This document shows positions 47,789 through 56,998 of a stretch of DNA of 64,000 nucleotides, one piece after another. The stretch lies in the IMG/VR virus record IMGVR_UViG_3300005512_000007. One strand, written 5' to 3'. The first letter of the stretch is position 1. Every line of letters starts with the position of its first letter. This DNA is from an uncultured virus (IMG/VR IMGVR_UViG_3300005512_000007) (Duplodnaviria > Heunggongvirae > Uroviricota > Caudoviricetes). The position numbers were made by a program, and so were the translations under genes. Below the pieces are notes generated by a model. That model worked only from the letters and a program-made list of their open reading frames with translations. It was not told where the DNA came from and did not search any database.

Positions 47789-47949
47789 TTATCCAACGCC
47801 CACCCAACCGATACATAGCCGAACGAGAGAGGCAAGAGCGTGCTACACAGGCTGCTGAAGGGCCTCGCCCTATTTCTACGATTGGTGGGGGCCGTGGTGG
47901 TTCTCTCATGGCTTTCACACAGGCCACTAGCACAGCAAACGGAAGGTAA
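47785..47949 (+). CDS. hypothetical 54-aa protein
   Basis: GTGA overlap; tiles the operon. Confidence 0.45.
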   Translation: MIIQRPPNRYIAERERQERATQAAEGPRPISTIGGGRGGSLMAFTQATSTANGR

Positions 47950-47954
47950 CTGAT

Positions 47955-48299
47955 ATGGCCGCAAAGGATGCTTTAGGTCAACAGTGGTCTAAGGGCTCAG
48001 ACCTAATGTCACGGCAACTAGACAACCTGTTCAACCTAGACAACCCCGAAGACAACGAAGCACTCGCAGACTACGGCGATAAAGGTATGCTCCCTGACTA
48101 CGAGCAAAAGAGCAATAGATATACCAAAAAGGAAAAGAGTAATCTTTCCACTAAGAATAACTTGCCTCCGAGTAAGCCCCAACCGGGACTACAGAGGGGC
48201 GAGTTTGGGCGCAATAACGAACCGGCACCCATTCCCGGTAACGCTATTAGGACTCCGTTTATGGATCAAATATTGTCGGGGTTTCGTGAAGAGAAATGA
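47955..48299 (+). CDS. hypothetical protein
   Basis: GGAAGG RBS. Confidence 0.6.
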   Translation: MAAKDALGQQWSKGSDLMSRQLDNLFNLDNPEDNEALADYGDKGMLPDYEQKSNRYTKKEKSNLSTKNNLPPSKPQPGLQRGEFGRNNEPAPIPGNAIRTPFMDQILSGFREEK

Positions 48300-48787
48300 A
48301 CCAGCAGACCTTTAGCAACTGGGCCGGGGGGTATGACCCAGCCGGGGGAGAGACGATGCCCGTCCTCGGCCCCGCTCCGGTCTTCCGTGATGCTAAAGAT
48401 CAGCGCCTCGCCGCCTTCGGTGCTACGCCTGATACCCAATATCCCGATGGATATCTGGGGACTATGGATAGCAATAGGCGGCAGGATAAGTTGCTTAGCG
48501 CCGTCAAGCGGCAGAACCACCGCTCATACAGCCGTGGTGTCCATAAGGGCGAGCGAGTCAACCCCGGCGATTACCTGTGGCCTGAGGAGTTCAACCCTAT
48601 GACTGGCTTAGAACTTCAGGCTGTAGGGCAGAAGTTCGCACCTCCCGGTGCTGAGCCGATCAGGCTCACCAATGATGGAAAGGCTGGCCCCCGAGGTATC
48701 CCCCGAGGGTTAGACCGCCCCCAGCAAGAACAAATAGACGTGCAGAGGCAGTCAATGCTGAAGCGCTTGGTACCAAACTGGAGATAA
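48296..48787 (+). CDS. hypothetical protein
   Basis: ATGA overlap; YPDGYLG, RGVHKGER. Confidence 0.65.
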   Translation: MNQQTFSNWAGGYDPAGGETMPVLGPAPVFRDAKDQRLAAFGATPDTQYPDGYLGTMDSNRRQDKLLSAVKRQNHRSYSRGVHKGERVNPGDYLWPEEFNPMTGLELQAVGQKFAPPGAEPIRLTNDGKAGPRGIPRGLDRPQQEQIDVQRQSMLKRLVPNWR

Positions 48788-48790
48788 GAC

Positions 48791-48985
48791 ATGCCGTGGA
48801 CCGCATCCGACGCTAGTAAGCACACCAAGAAGGCCGATACTGCCGCCGAAAAGCGCCAGTGGGCTAAGGTGGCAAATGCTACCCTGAAGAAGACCGGTAA
48901 TGAGGGGCGGGCTGTCCGCACCGCTAATGCCGCAGTGGGGGGCGCTAAGAAGAGCGTCGCCAAGAAACGTGGAGGAAAGAAGTAA
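48791..48985 (+). CDS. ChaB-like small basic protein
   Basis: MPWT..DA..H.K...RQWA.VAN..L...EG.A...AN. Confidence 0.55.
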   Translation: MPWTASDASKHTKKADTAAEKRQWAKVANATLKKTGNEGRAVRTANAAVGGAKKSVAKKRGGKK

Positions 48986-49191
48986 TGAGACGCCCCATTA
49001 GGTCCATCCACGGACGCATCGCACAGAACATGCGTGATGCTCGGGCCAATATCGGGGAAAGCATTGCCGTCCAGAAGGCGGCTACGGCAGAATACAAGAA
49101 GAAGGAAGCCGCACAGGCCGCAGAGGATCAGGCTAAAGTCATACCGTGGAACGAAGTGCTCGCCAACCCTGAACGATTCAAGGACAGATAG
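48985..49191 (+). CDS. hypothetical protein
   Basis: TAATG coupling. Confidence 0.55.
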   Translation: MRRPIRSIHGRIAQNMRDARANIGESIAVQKAATAEYKKKEAAQAAEDQAKVIPWNEVLANPERFKDR

Positions 49192-49199
49192 GAAGAACG

Positions 49200-49484
49200 A
49201 TGGCTAAGGATATGAGCCAATATGGTTCGCAGTTATTCAACATGATGGCTGACGCTCACCGTGCTCAGTACGGGGACGTACGTAATCACCGTGATCAGCC
49301 GGTTGCCCAGAAGCCGCACCGTCGCTACATGGATGAGCGCAGTGTTGCTCAGGCTCGCATGGACTACGAGGTGGGCGAGATGGAGGCCCGTGAGGCTGAG
49401 CAGGCAGGCAATGACAGCGCCTACAACTCTTACGAGGACAACAGCACTGACCATTACGACGACTACCCGGAAGGGAACGACTGA
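49200..49484 (+). CDS. hypothetical protein
   Basis: AGGA RBS. Confidence 0.6.
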   Translation: MAKDMSQYGSQLFNMMADAHRAQYGDVRNHRDQPVAQKPHRRYMDERSVAQARMDYEVGEMEAREAEQAGNDSAYNSYEDNSTDHYDDYPEGND

Positions 49485-49795
49485 TGGATGAGGCTAATCC
49501 GCAGGGGATGCCCCGCCCCCGTATCAAGACTACTCATAAGGGTTACTCTGACGAGCCAACTCCCAGTAGGAACCGACCCATGATTCCTATCCACAACAAG
49601 GCCAAGCAGCGCCCCATGATCGCTGTTGGGGAAGGTAACGATCCTAAGGGTATGGAGCGCCCGGATATTCCCACTTACGGTCAGGCTGGCGGTGCTCCCT
49701 ATGATCAGGCTAGTGATCCTGATGATTTCGCACCCTTTAAGAAGGGTGAGCGCTTCGATGGCCCCCCGGGAGCCGGTAAGTACACGGCATTTTAA
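49484..49795 (+). CDS. Pro-rich hypothetical protein
   Basis: TGATG coupling; internal (N/D)P.GM.RP and RPMI repeats. Confidence 0.6.
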   Translation: MDEANPQGMPRPRIKTTHKGYSDEPTPSRNRPMIPIHNKAKQRPMIAVGEGNDPKGMERPDIPTYGQAGGAPYDQASDPDDFAPFKKGERFDGPPGAGKYTAF

Positions 49796-50094
49796 TGGCT
49801 GGCCCGTGGCAAACCCGTAGCGAGTATCTGGTCGATCTCGCTCTTGAAGGCGCACTTGCCGCTACTCCTGAGGAGTTGCGTGAGATGCGCCCGGTTGCCG
49901 CGCCCCAAAACCCCTTTCCAGAGCGCCGAGGCTTCGCTAAGCAGGTATGGGATATCTATGAGGTCATGAATATCGACCGCTATACCCCCTCATACCGCTC
50001 TTGGGTGTCTGGTATGCCCGTTATGCCCAGTGTCATGAGTGACCAGTCGTGGTCTGGTACTGCTCGTAATGCTATGAGTGAAGGGACTTGGTGA
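49795..50094 (+). CDS. hypothetical protein
   Basis: TAATG coupling. Confidence 0.6.
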   Translation: MAGPWQTRSEYLVDLALEGALAATPEELREMRPVAAPQNPFPERRGFAKQVWDIYEVMNIDRYTPSYRSWVSGMPVMPSVMSDQSWSGTARNAMSEGTW

Positions 50095-50324
50095 TGGCTG
50101 CTAGAGAAGACGTTTCTTCGTACATCGCCCGTTCTAACGCTCGTGTTACACAGGGTTTCTTAGGGGGCGACCCCCGTGTTGGTAGCGCTGAGCGAGAGGC
50201 TTTTCGTCTACACCGAGGTGATTCCACGTCATATATTCACGCATCGGATGTGCCCACTGAGACTAGGTTGGCCTTCTACAACACACGTAATCTGACACGA
50301 CCTAATTGGGCAGGTGGTGAATAA
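50088..50324 (+). CDS. hypothetical protein
   Basis: Coupled; ends RPNWAGGE. Confidence 0.55.
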   Translation: MVMAAREDVSSYIARSNARVTQGFLGGDPRVGSAEREAFRLHRGDSTSYIHASDVPTETRLAFYNTRNLTRPNWAGGE

Positions 50325-50623
50325 TGGAACCGCAGGGACCGTACACGCAAGCACTGACCGACGCCCCGGTAAACCCGGAGCGAGAGTTTGCTCGTCAAAT
50401 GTCTGACGGGGGATATGCCGGGGGTATCGCCGGTTCTCAGGGGCGCTCATTTGCACGGGATGCCTACGAGTCCGGCGGGGCTTTTGATAATACTCTGCGC
50501 CAGCGCCAGCGTGCTGAGGAAGAACTCAACTTGAGTAGCAAGATCGTTGGGAGCCGCAATATGAGCCGCCCCAACTGGGCACGTATGCAGATCACTCCAC
50601 CTGCCAGCATTGGAGGTGAGTGA
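50324..50623 (+). CDS. hypothetical protein
   Basis: Coupled; RPNWA...GGE end shared with the previous gene. Confidence 0.6.
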   Translation: MEPQGPYTQALTDAPVNPEREFARQMSDGGYAGGIAGSQGRSFARDAYESGGAFDNTLRQRQRAEEELNLSSKIVGSRNMSRPNWARMQITPPASIGGE

Positions 50624-51483
50624 TGGAAGACCCGATTGAAGGACGTGGTGGTCAACGTGACTGGGGTGGCGACACTAGCGCTCTTGGCGGTTATGGCTCC
50701 GCTGGTCTGTTCTCACGCCGTCGGCAGATGGAGCGCACCACTGGTGGCTCATTCCTAAACCTCGCAGAGTCTCCTCGTGCTAGTGCTACCGGAGGCTACG
50801 TGCGTATGCCCGGGGTTGGCCCTGCTCCGGTTATCCGTGATGTTGAGTTCGGTAAGAGCATGGCCCCGTCTGGTCCCACTGCTACGGCTAGCGGTGTGGC
50901 TCCCAACTTCTACGGCCCCGGACCTCGTGAGCAGGTTCCTACTGGGCGTACGGCCCGTTCCATGACCACGCTGGCTGGGCTTATCCCACTGCTCAAGCGT
51001 GATAAGCAGGAGGCTGAGCCTGAGGCTCCCGTTGAGGTGCCCCGACCGCAGTTGGCTCTTCCCTCGGCTGGTCGACCCATGGGTACCGGTGAGGAAGGTC
51101 CGTTGGCTATCGGCCCTGCGCCTGCGCCTTATGGAGCGCTTCCTCGTGGAGGTAGGACTAAGAGTAAGAGCCAACTCGCCGTCATTCCTCAGGACGAGAC
51201 TCCGTGGGACCCCACTATGACCGCACCGATTCGCACGGGGGGCACCATGCGAGGCACCCCTGCGTTGCCGTCGGCAGTCGAGGGTCCTCGACCAGTCTCG
51301 GCTCCTCCTTCTGGGGCCATCTTTGCCACCTCTCGCCGTCGTGGGCGCTCGACGGTTGGTACCGAATCAGAACCCCGTGAGATGCCTGAGACCTTTGAAT
51401 ACCCGTACGCAAAGCCTCCCATCAAAAACCGGAAGCGTAAGAACCGCCCCGGACCCGGGCAGTTCAGCCTCGGATTAGACTAA
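50620..51483 (+). CDS. Pro/Gly/Arg-rich disordered protein
   Basis: GGAGG RBS; recurring ALP motifs. Confidence 0.6.
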   Translation: MMEDPIEGRGGQRDWGGDTSALGGYGSAGLFSRRRQMERTTGGSFLNLAESPRASATGGYVRMPGVGPAPVIRDVEFGKSMAPSGPTATASGVAPNFYGPGPREQVPTGRTARSMTTLAGLIPLLKRDKQEAEPEAPVEVPRPQLALPSAGRPMGTGEEGPLAIGPAPAPYGALPRGGRTKSKSQLAVIPQDETPWDPTMTAPIRTGGTMRGTPALPSAVEGPRPVSAPPSGAIFATSRRRGRSTVGTESEPREMPETFEYPYAKPPIKNRKRKNRPGPGQFSLGLD

Positions 51484-51514
51484 TCGAACCCCCTAAATAG
51501 GCTAGGATACCGCT

Positions 51515-51736
51515 ATGGCAGTAAATGAATCTCGCAGTCTGAATCAGGATCTTCGTGAGGGGATCACTGACGGCATGGTCAAGAAGCCGAACCCTGACCG
51601 GGGCGGCTTCCCCAATGACAACGCCGATGCTGGCTCGGTTCGGGCCACCCTGAGTGAGGAACTGTACGACACGGTTCCGGGCGCTAACCCCATGCAGGGT
51701 TACCACGCCGCTCGGTTGACTGAGCCTCCCCGCTGA
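51515..51736 (+). CDS. leaderless hypothetical protein
   Basis: TAGGAT 6 nt before ATG. Confidence 0.6.
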   Translation: MAVNESRSLNQDLREGITDGMVKKPNPDRGGFPNDNADAGSVRATLSEELYDTVPGANPMQGYHAARLTEPPR

Positions 51737-51788
51737 CAGCACCATTCCGTAGTAGCATGTAGCCGTTACGGCTACCAAGGAGTATCAA

Positions 51789-52268
51789 ATGGCACGTCTC
51801 TTGATCTGCAATACCTGTAAGACGGTCGATAAGTTGCCTAACTACGCAACTGAGAATGACCCCGAGGCTAAGCATGACCATCACCTGCGTGATGCCATCG
51901 ACCTGCACATGCGGAAGTTCGGTGGCCCCCCTGATCGTCATAAGGCCAACCTCTTCAGCATCGACGACGCTGAGTTGGAACTCATTGACGAGACACGCCT
52001 TCAGCAGGCCGTCCACGACGGTCGCCTTGAGGCGTTCCTGAAGGAAGAGCGTGAGCAGTACAAGACTGACGCTCTGGGGTGCTACAACCTCCACAACAGG
52101 CCCACTGTGGGCGCTGGGTACGGATCGGGGTGCCCTGACTACCGTGACAAGAGCCGTGCTATCGGGCGTACTGCCGGTCTGCCCCCCGAGGAGTGGAACT
52201 ACCTCTGCGACTTCTGCCCGTACCACTCGTACGTGGAGCACCAACTCAACAAGAAGCGCAAGTTCTGA
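51789..52268 (+). CDS. Cys/His-rich (zinc-binding) protein
   Basis: CNTC, C..H, CPDY, CDFC; AAGGAG RBS. Confidence 0.7.
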   Translation: MARLLICNTCKTVDKLPNYATENDPEAKHDHHLRDAIDLHMRKFGGPPDRHKANLFSIDDAELELIDETRLQQAVHDGRLEAFLKEEREQYKTDALGCYNLHNRPTVGAGYGSGCPDYRDKSRAIGRTAGLPPEEWNYLCDFCPYHSYVEHQLNKKRKF

Positions 52269-52468
52269 TGAACGCCACCACGCAGAAGGCGCTGAACACC
52301 GCCCTGCTGGTGGGGTGTATCTACGAAATCATTGCTCTCGTGTCCCACGCAGTCCCCACGATCACTCGCCTTCTACGCATACTGGGTTCTAAGCCCTTTG
52401 GTAAGGCGCTGGTATGGATGTGGTGTGGCTACATCTCGTGGCACTTCTTGGAGCCTTTGGACTCGTGA
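52268..52468 (+). CDS. small membrane protein
   Basis: YEI.AL...PTIT...W.GY.SWHF. Confidence 0.6.
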   Translation: MNATTQKALNTALLVGCIYEIIALVSHAVPTITRLLRILGSKPFGKALVWMWCGYISWHFLEPLDS

Positions 52469-52941
52469 TGCTTACACAGGAACGTCTGAAAGAGTTGCTG
52501 GAATACGATCCCGAAACGGGCGTGTTCGTGTGGTTGCAGACGACTAGTAACCGAGTCAAGGTGGGCTCAGTTGCTGGGTGTAGGCGTAGGGATGGCTACC
52601 TATTGATCAGGCTGGACGGCAAGTTGTATCTAGGACACCGTCTTGCATGGCTGTACGTCCACGGTGAGTGGCCCGCCAACGTGATTGACCACATTGACCA
52701 GAACAAGTCCAACAACGCCATCAGCAACCTACGGGACACCAGCATGGCGGTCAACGGCCTCAACAAGGACAAGCCTCGCCGCCATAACACGACGGGCTTC
52801 ATGGGAGTGTCTAAGCGTAAGGACAGGTTCTTAGCGCAGGTCAGCAGAAAGCGAGGGCTTACCAAACTATTTGATACGCCCGAAGAAGCGCACGAGTGGT
52901 ATCTGGCTACTAAAGCCACCCTACTTGAGGAGTTACTCTAA
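52468..52941 (+). mobile_element. HNH homing endonuclease with AP2-like C-terminus
   Basis: LTQERLKELLEYDPETGVF, HRLAWLY..G.WP..IDHID.NK.NN.I.NLR, NTTG..GV, F.T.EEA. Confidence 0.88.
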
Positions 52942-53417
52942 TCATACTTTTCAACTTCGACGTACTGGCTCGCCCCAATGCTGAACTGGGGGCGAGGGTC
53001 CCCGATCCAGAAGGCGTGTACCTCTGGCGTGCCCTGCACGAAGCCTCAGTGGGTCGCTTGGGCGTGCTCTACAGCGGTGATCCAGACATCGTGATGTTTG
53101 AGAACTGGATGAAGATCAACCAGATCAAGGCCATCATGTACGACACCACTGGAACAACGGAACCTAAAGTGTGTGCCGAAAAGGCAGCAGCAATCTTGAC
53201 TGCTTCCGGCGGCAGAAGTATGTACTTCGATACCAACCCTGAGGTGATATCGCATACATACAGTATGGGTACGCCTTCCCTACTGGTATGTCAGCCGTAT
53301 GTGGTGCGCCCTGAGTGGTCTACTGAAAAGCCCATGAAAGGCTGGGATGTCCTGACCGAGGAGATCGACCGGCAAGCCATTGCTCGTGCCGAGAAGAAGT
53401 GGGGGGACTTCACGTGA
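52941..53417 (+). CDS. HAD-like protein with no canonical start at its apparent N-terminus
   Basis: Open frame IILFNFDVLARP... begins at ATC 52941 after GAGGAG; first GTG only at 53016. Confidence 0.5.
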   Translation: MILFNFDVLARPNAELGARVPDPEGVYLWRALHEASVGRLGVLYSGDPDIVMFENWMKINQIKAIMYDTTGTTEPKVCAEKAAAILTASGGRSMYFDTNPEVISHTYSMGTPSLLVCQPYVVRPEWSTEKPMKGWDVLTEEIDRQAIARAEKKWGDFT

Positions 53418-54847
53418 GAATCATTCTGTCCGGGGGCGAGAAGGGTACCTACCGCAACATCCTGACCTCTATTGGGGTACCTTCGATAGCCCTCAATATC
53501 ACTCAGTTCAACGTCCCCAAGACCAAAGAGATCGACCTCAAGGAACTTCTAGGCGGGGCGTCCATCACCGTCTACACCTCGGATGGAGACGAGGACGTGG
53601 ACAAGTTCGACGACTTCATCCGCACCCACGCTGACAGCATCGACATTGTTATCGGGCGACCCGACTACAACGGGGAGTGGCTGGGAGCCAAGTACGTGCC
53701 CCTGTGGAACGACGACAAGGACCCCGAGCGCCTCGCCTTCTTATGCCAAAAGTATGGTCGGGTAGCAATAAGTGATAGAGCCATAACGGGCAAAACACTG
53801 CCTCGTATCAAGCAACTTCAACAGCGCTGGGGGGCCTCCCTTATCGGCATTACCAGCAAGGTCGATACCATCGAATCAGTGGACTGGGAGGCGGTCGTCG
53901 TTTCCTCTTGGACCAGCGTTGTCCGGTACGGTGAGACCCAGATATGGGACGGTCATGGACTGCGTCGATATCCTGCTCAGAAGAAGGATTCAGCCAGAAG
54001 GAAGCACCGCAATGACATCGTTCGTCTCAATGTGGACTACGAGGCGGTACTGGAAGACGACGTTACAGAACTGGCGAAGTTAGCAGTCAAGTCGTGGCTC
54101 TCGTGGGAGATGCACACCTTCAATGCTGGGGCCTACCACCCTCCAGCGGACGACGACGAGGCCGAGTTCGATAGCAATACAGAGGGGTCAGATAGCAACT
54201 ATGACCCCCAAAAAGTAAGTGGCCCAAATCCGGTTTCTACCCCCCCTGCTATTACTACCGACCCCCCTCTGACCCGGCACGAAAATGACCGAAAGTTGCT
54301 ACCGGTTATCGGCATCGAGAGAGCAATAGCGAAGAGCACTTTCACCACCCCTGACGGCGAGGAAATCGAGGAAGATCAAGGGGTTGCGGTCAACGTGGTG
54401 CGCCACGACGGGTCTGGAATCCGCAACTGCAATAGTTGCTATCTCGCACCCCGATGCCCCGGGTTTCAGGAACATGCAGAATGTGCGTACAAGATTCCCG
54501 TAGAACTGAGGACGAAAGATCAGTTACAGGCCGTGCTCACTGCCATGTTGGAGATGCAGTCAGCGCGGGTTCTCTTCGCCCGCTTTGCTGAAGAACTAGA
54601 GGGTCAGGGGCTTGATCCTGCGGTATCAGCAGAGATGGATAGGCTATTCAAACTCACGAAAGAGTTCAAAGATATTGAAGACTCACGTGATCTGGTTCGC
54701 TTTGAGATGGAAGCACGGGGAAGTGCTGGAGTTCTCTCAAGAATCTTTGGTGAGAAGGCGGCGAACAAAGCAAATGAGTTATCTCGTCCCATATCGGCAG
54801 AAGAGTTAGATATGACCATCCTCGACGCACAAATCGTCGATGAGTAA
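53414..54847 (+). CDS. degenerate TGT-fold-like protein fused to a Cys4 cluster and helical domain
   Basis: YVPLW, Y.RVAIS, SSW....RYG pattern; CNSC..CP..C. Confidence 0.5.
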   Translation: MRIILSGGEKGTYRNILTSIGVPSIALNITQFNVPKTKEIDLKELLGGASITVYTSDGDEDVDKFDDFIRTHADSIDIVIGRPDYNGEWLGAKYVPLWNDDKDPERLAFLCQKYGRVAISDRAITGKTLPRIKQLQQRWGASLIGITSKVDTIESVDWEAVVVSSWTSVVRYGETQIWDGHGLRRYPAQKKDSARRKHRNDIVRLNVDYEAVLEDDVTELAKLAVKSWLSWEMHTFNAGAYHPPADDDEAEFDSNTEGSDSNYDPQKVSGPNPVSTPPAITTDPPLTRHENDRKLLPVIGIERAIAKSTFTTPDGEEIEEDQGVAVNVVRHDGSGIRNCNSCYLAPRCPGFQEHAECAYKIPVELRTKDQLQAVLTAMLEMQSARVLFARFAEELEGQGLDPAVSAEMDRLFKLTKEFKDIEDSRDLVRFEMEARGSAGVLSRIFGEKAANKANELSRPISAEELDMTILDAQIVDE

Positions 54848-54860
54848 CATATGAAATGAT

Positions 54861-55181
54861 ATGGCAAACAAGATCGTAAAGAACAACCGCTCGCAGGTTC
54901 TGGCTGAGGCCGACGAACTCATCAACGGGGACCGGAACAACCAGTACGGCGAACCCACTGATGACTTCCGTAAGACTGCCGACCTGTGGTCCGTCTACCT
55001 CACCTCGGTGGCGAAGGCCCCCGTCACACTGCTTCCGCATGACGTGGCAGTGATGATGATGATGCTCAAGGTCAGTCGTATCGCTTGGTCTCCGAACAAG
55101 CGTGACAACTGGACTGACCTCGCTGGGTATGCCGCATGTGGGTGGGACTGCGTCGTGGCCGAGTCCCTCAATGACGACTAA
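54861..55181 (+). CDS. DUF6378-like helical nucleotide pyrophosphatase-type protein
   Basis: L.EA..LI.GDR..YG.P...F...A.LWS.YL...DVA.MM..LK..R...DNW.D.AGYA. Confidence 0.75.
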   Translation: MANKIVKNNRSQVLAEADELINGDRNNQYGEPTDDFRKTADLWSVYLTSVAKAPVTLLPHDVAVMMMMLKVSRIAWSPNKRDNWTDLAGYAACGWDCVVAESLNDD

Positions 55182-55539
55182 GCGCTGGGCTGACGACGCT
55201 CTCTGCGCTGGCTACCACAGCGAGATGTGGTATCCGCCCCTCTTCAAGGAGGAGCGGACTGCCCCCGAGGCTCAGTATTACGATCTAGGCAAGTTGATCT
55301 GCGAGCATTGCCCTATCCAGCAAGAGTGCGCCGAGCGTGGAGCCGACGAGGAGTACGGCATGTGGGGCGGTCTTACGCCTAAAGAGCGGAGGCTCAATAG
55401 ACCTCGGCCCACGAAGACGTACCTGCCGTTGGATAAGATCAAGGTGCTTCCAAAGGCCGATCCAGACGTGCCTCTATTCGTCCCCGAACTGAGGCTGGAG
55501 GTCCGTAAGCATTTGAAGCGACGGCCACGGAAGAAGTAG
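55171..55539 (+). CDS. whiB: WhiB-family Fe-S transcription factor
   Basis: 4 Cys (C, CxxC, C) and GMWGG.T..ERR. Confidence 0.85.
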   Translation: MTTKRWADDALCAGYHSEMWYPPLFKEERTAPEAQYYDLGKLICEHCPIQQECAERGADEEYGMWGGLTPKERRLNRPRPTKTYLPLDKIKVLPKADPDVPLFVPELRLEVRKHLKRRPRKK

Positions 55540-55572
55540 TATCAAAAGGTCCACCCGTACAAGAGGAGCACA

Positions 55573-55866
55573 ATGAGCGAAGAACTATTCGACCACTACG
55601 ACAAGGTCTCTGACCAGTACGCACTGCCGATGCTGTTACATCCCGAGAAGGATGTGCGCTGGAGGTCGGAAGCCGAATGTCGTAATCACCCCGAGGTCGA
55701 CTTCTTCTACGGTCCCACTGCCCCTGCTATCGCCATCTGCCAGACCTGCTCAGTCAGTGAGGAGTGTCTGAACTTCGCCGTCGACAACGAGATCTACTAC
55801 GGGGTCTACGGTGGGCTGTCCGGTAAGGACCGCAGGTGGTGGCCCACCCAGCAGGAGCCATCATGA
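55573..55866 (+). CDS. whiB: WhiB-family Fe-S transcription factor
   Basis: W...A.C, CQTC..C, GVYGGLS..DRR. Confidence 0.85.
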   Translation: MSEELFDHYDKVSDQYALPMLLHPEKDVRWRSEAECRNHPEVDFFYGPTAPAIAICQTCSVSEECLNFAVDNEIYYGVYGGLSGKDRRWWPTQQEPS

Positions 55867-56936
55867 TCATCGGTGTCGCCAGTGCGGACTACCTCCGTGC
55901 TGATCGTTCCCCCGACGGGGTAGAGAAGTGGGGCGGTGCTGGCTGGGCACGACTGGGTCAGTACATCCCCTACTTCCGTGAGGCTGGTCACGAGGTCTAC
56001 GTGGGCACGCTGTGGCAGAGGGACGGCAAGTTGGCCGTGGAGCAGGCAGACGGCTCGATGGAGTTCCCCGACGTGATCCTGCTACAGCGCATCATGCACG
56101 ACAAGGTCGATCAGTCGATCAAGTTCGGGCAGGAGCACGGACAGATCGTTATCAACGACCTCGATGACTGGTACTGGGGGCTGGACCCGAGCAACGAGGC
56201 GTTCAAGGCATCGCACCCCAAGTACAACCAGATCGAGAACACGCTCTTCTACGCCAAGAACATGCAGGCATCGGACCTGATCACCACCAGCACCCCGTAT
56301 CTGGCGCAGAGGCTGAAGGAGAAGTTCAAGAGGGACCCCATTATCCTGCCGAACTGTATTGACGTGGAGCGGTTCTCTCCCGTCGATCAGGACGTAGACG
56401 TACCCACAGTGGGCTGGGTCGGCTCCACGTCGCACCGCTCAGGAGACATCGAGACGTTGCGTGGAGTCTTTGAGAGGTTCCTGCGTGACGGTCAGATCAA
56501 GATGTACCACGGGGGCGACGCTGAGACCTCGCCATCGTTCGCCAGCGTCATCGGACTAGATGATGAGTTGGTGGAGCGGTCCCCGAGAAAGACCACCGAC
56601 GAGTACCCGCAGTTGTTGACGATGCAGATCGGCATGGTGCCACTGCGTGATACCCCCTTCAATATGGCTAAGAGCGCTATCAAAGGCTTAGAGTATGCGG
56701 CTTCGGGGATTCCGTTCATCGCTGCCGCGCTGCCGAGTTACCGGGAGATCCACGATTTGTGGGGCGGCGGTTTCATGTTGGCTAAGCGACCTATGGACTG
56801 GGTAAAGGCCACTAAGAAACTGCTCGATAAGTCACTTCGTATCGAACTTCAGCAGTCTCTGTTGGAGAGTGCTAAACAGCACGACATCCGCCACGGAGCG
56901 AAGGCATGGCTGGACCTACTGGAAGGGTTGGCGTAA
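55863..56936 (+). CDS. GT-B glycosyltransferase
   Basis: DLDD, LPN.ID, VGWVGS..H..D, PL...FN..KS.IK.LEYAA.GIP. Confidence 0.85.
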   Translation: MIIGVASADYLRADRSPDGVEKWGGAGWARLGQYIPYFREAGHEVYVGTLWQRDGKLAVEQADGSMEFPDVILLQRIMHDKVDQSIKFGQEHGQIVINDLDDWYWGLDPSNEAFKASHPKYNQIENTLFYAKNMQASDLITTSTPYLAQRLKEKFKRDPIILPNCIDVERFSPVDQDVDVPTVGWVGSTSHRSGDIETLRGVFERFLRDGQIKMYHGGDAETSPSFASVIGLDDELVERSPRKTTDEYPQLLTMQIGMVPLRDTPFNMAKSAIKGLEYAASGIPFIAAALPSYREIHDLWGGGFMLAKRPMDWVKATKKLLDKSLRIELQQSLLESAKQHDIRHGAKAWLDLLEGLA

Positions 56937-56998
56937 TGGAACTTCTGCTGTGGCTGGCGCTCACCATCGTCATCATGATCCTGCTCAAGACACGATGA
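56936..56998 (+). CDS. 20-aa single-TM peptide
   Basis: MELLLWLALTIVIMILLKTR*; coupled on both sides (TAATG, ATGA). Confidence 0.5.
   Translation: MELLLWLALTIVIMILLKTR

Noticed and set aside
53414..55181. 7-deazaguanine or 2-aminoadenine DNA pathway
   Set aside because: No folE/queC/queD/queE or purZ in the window, and the TGT-like catalytic motifs appear lost.
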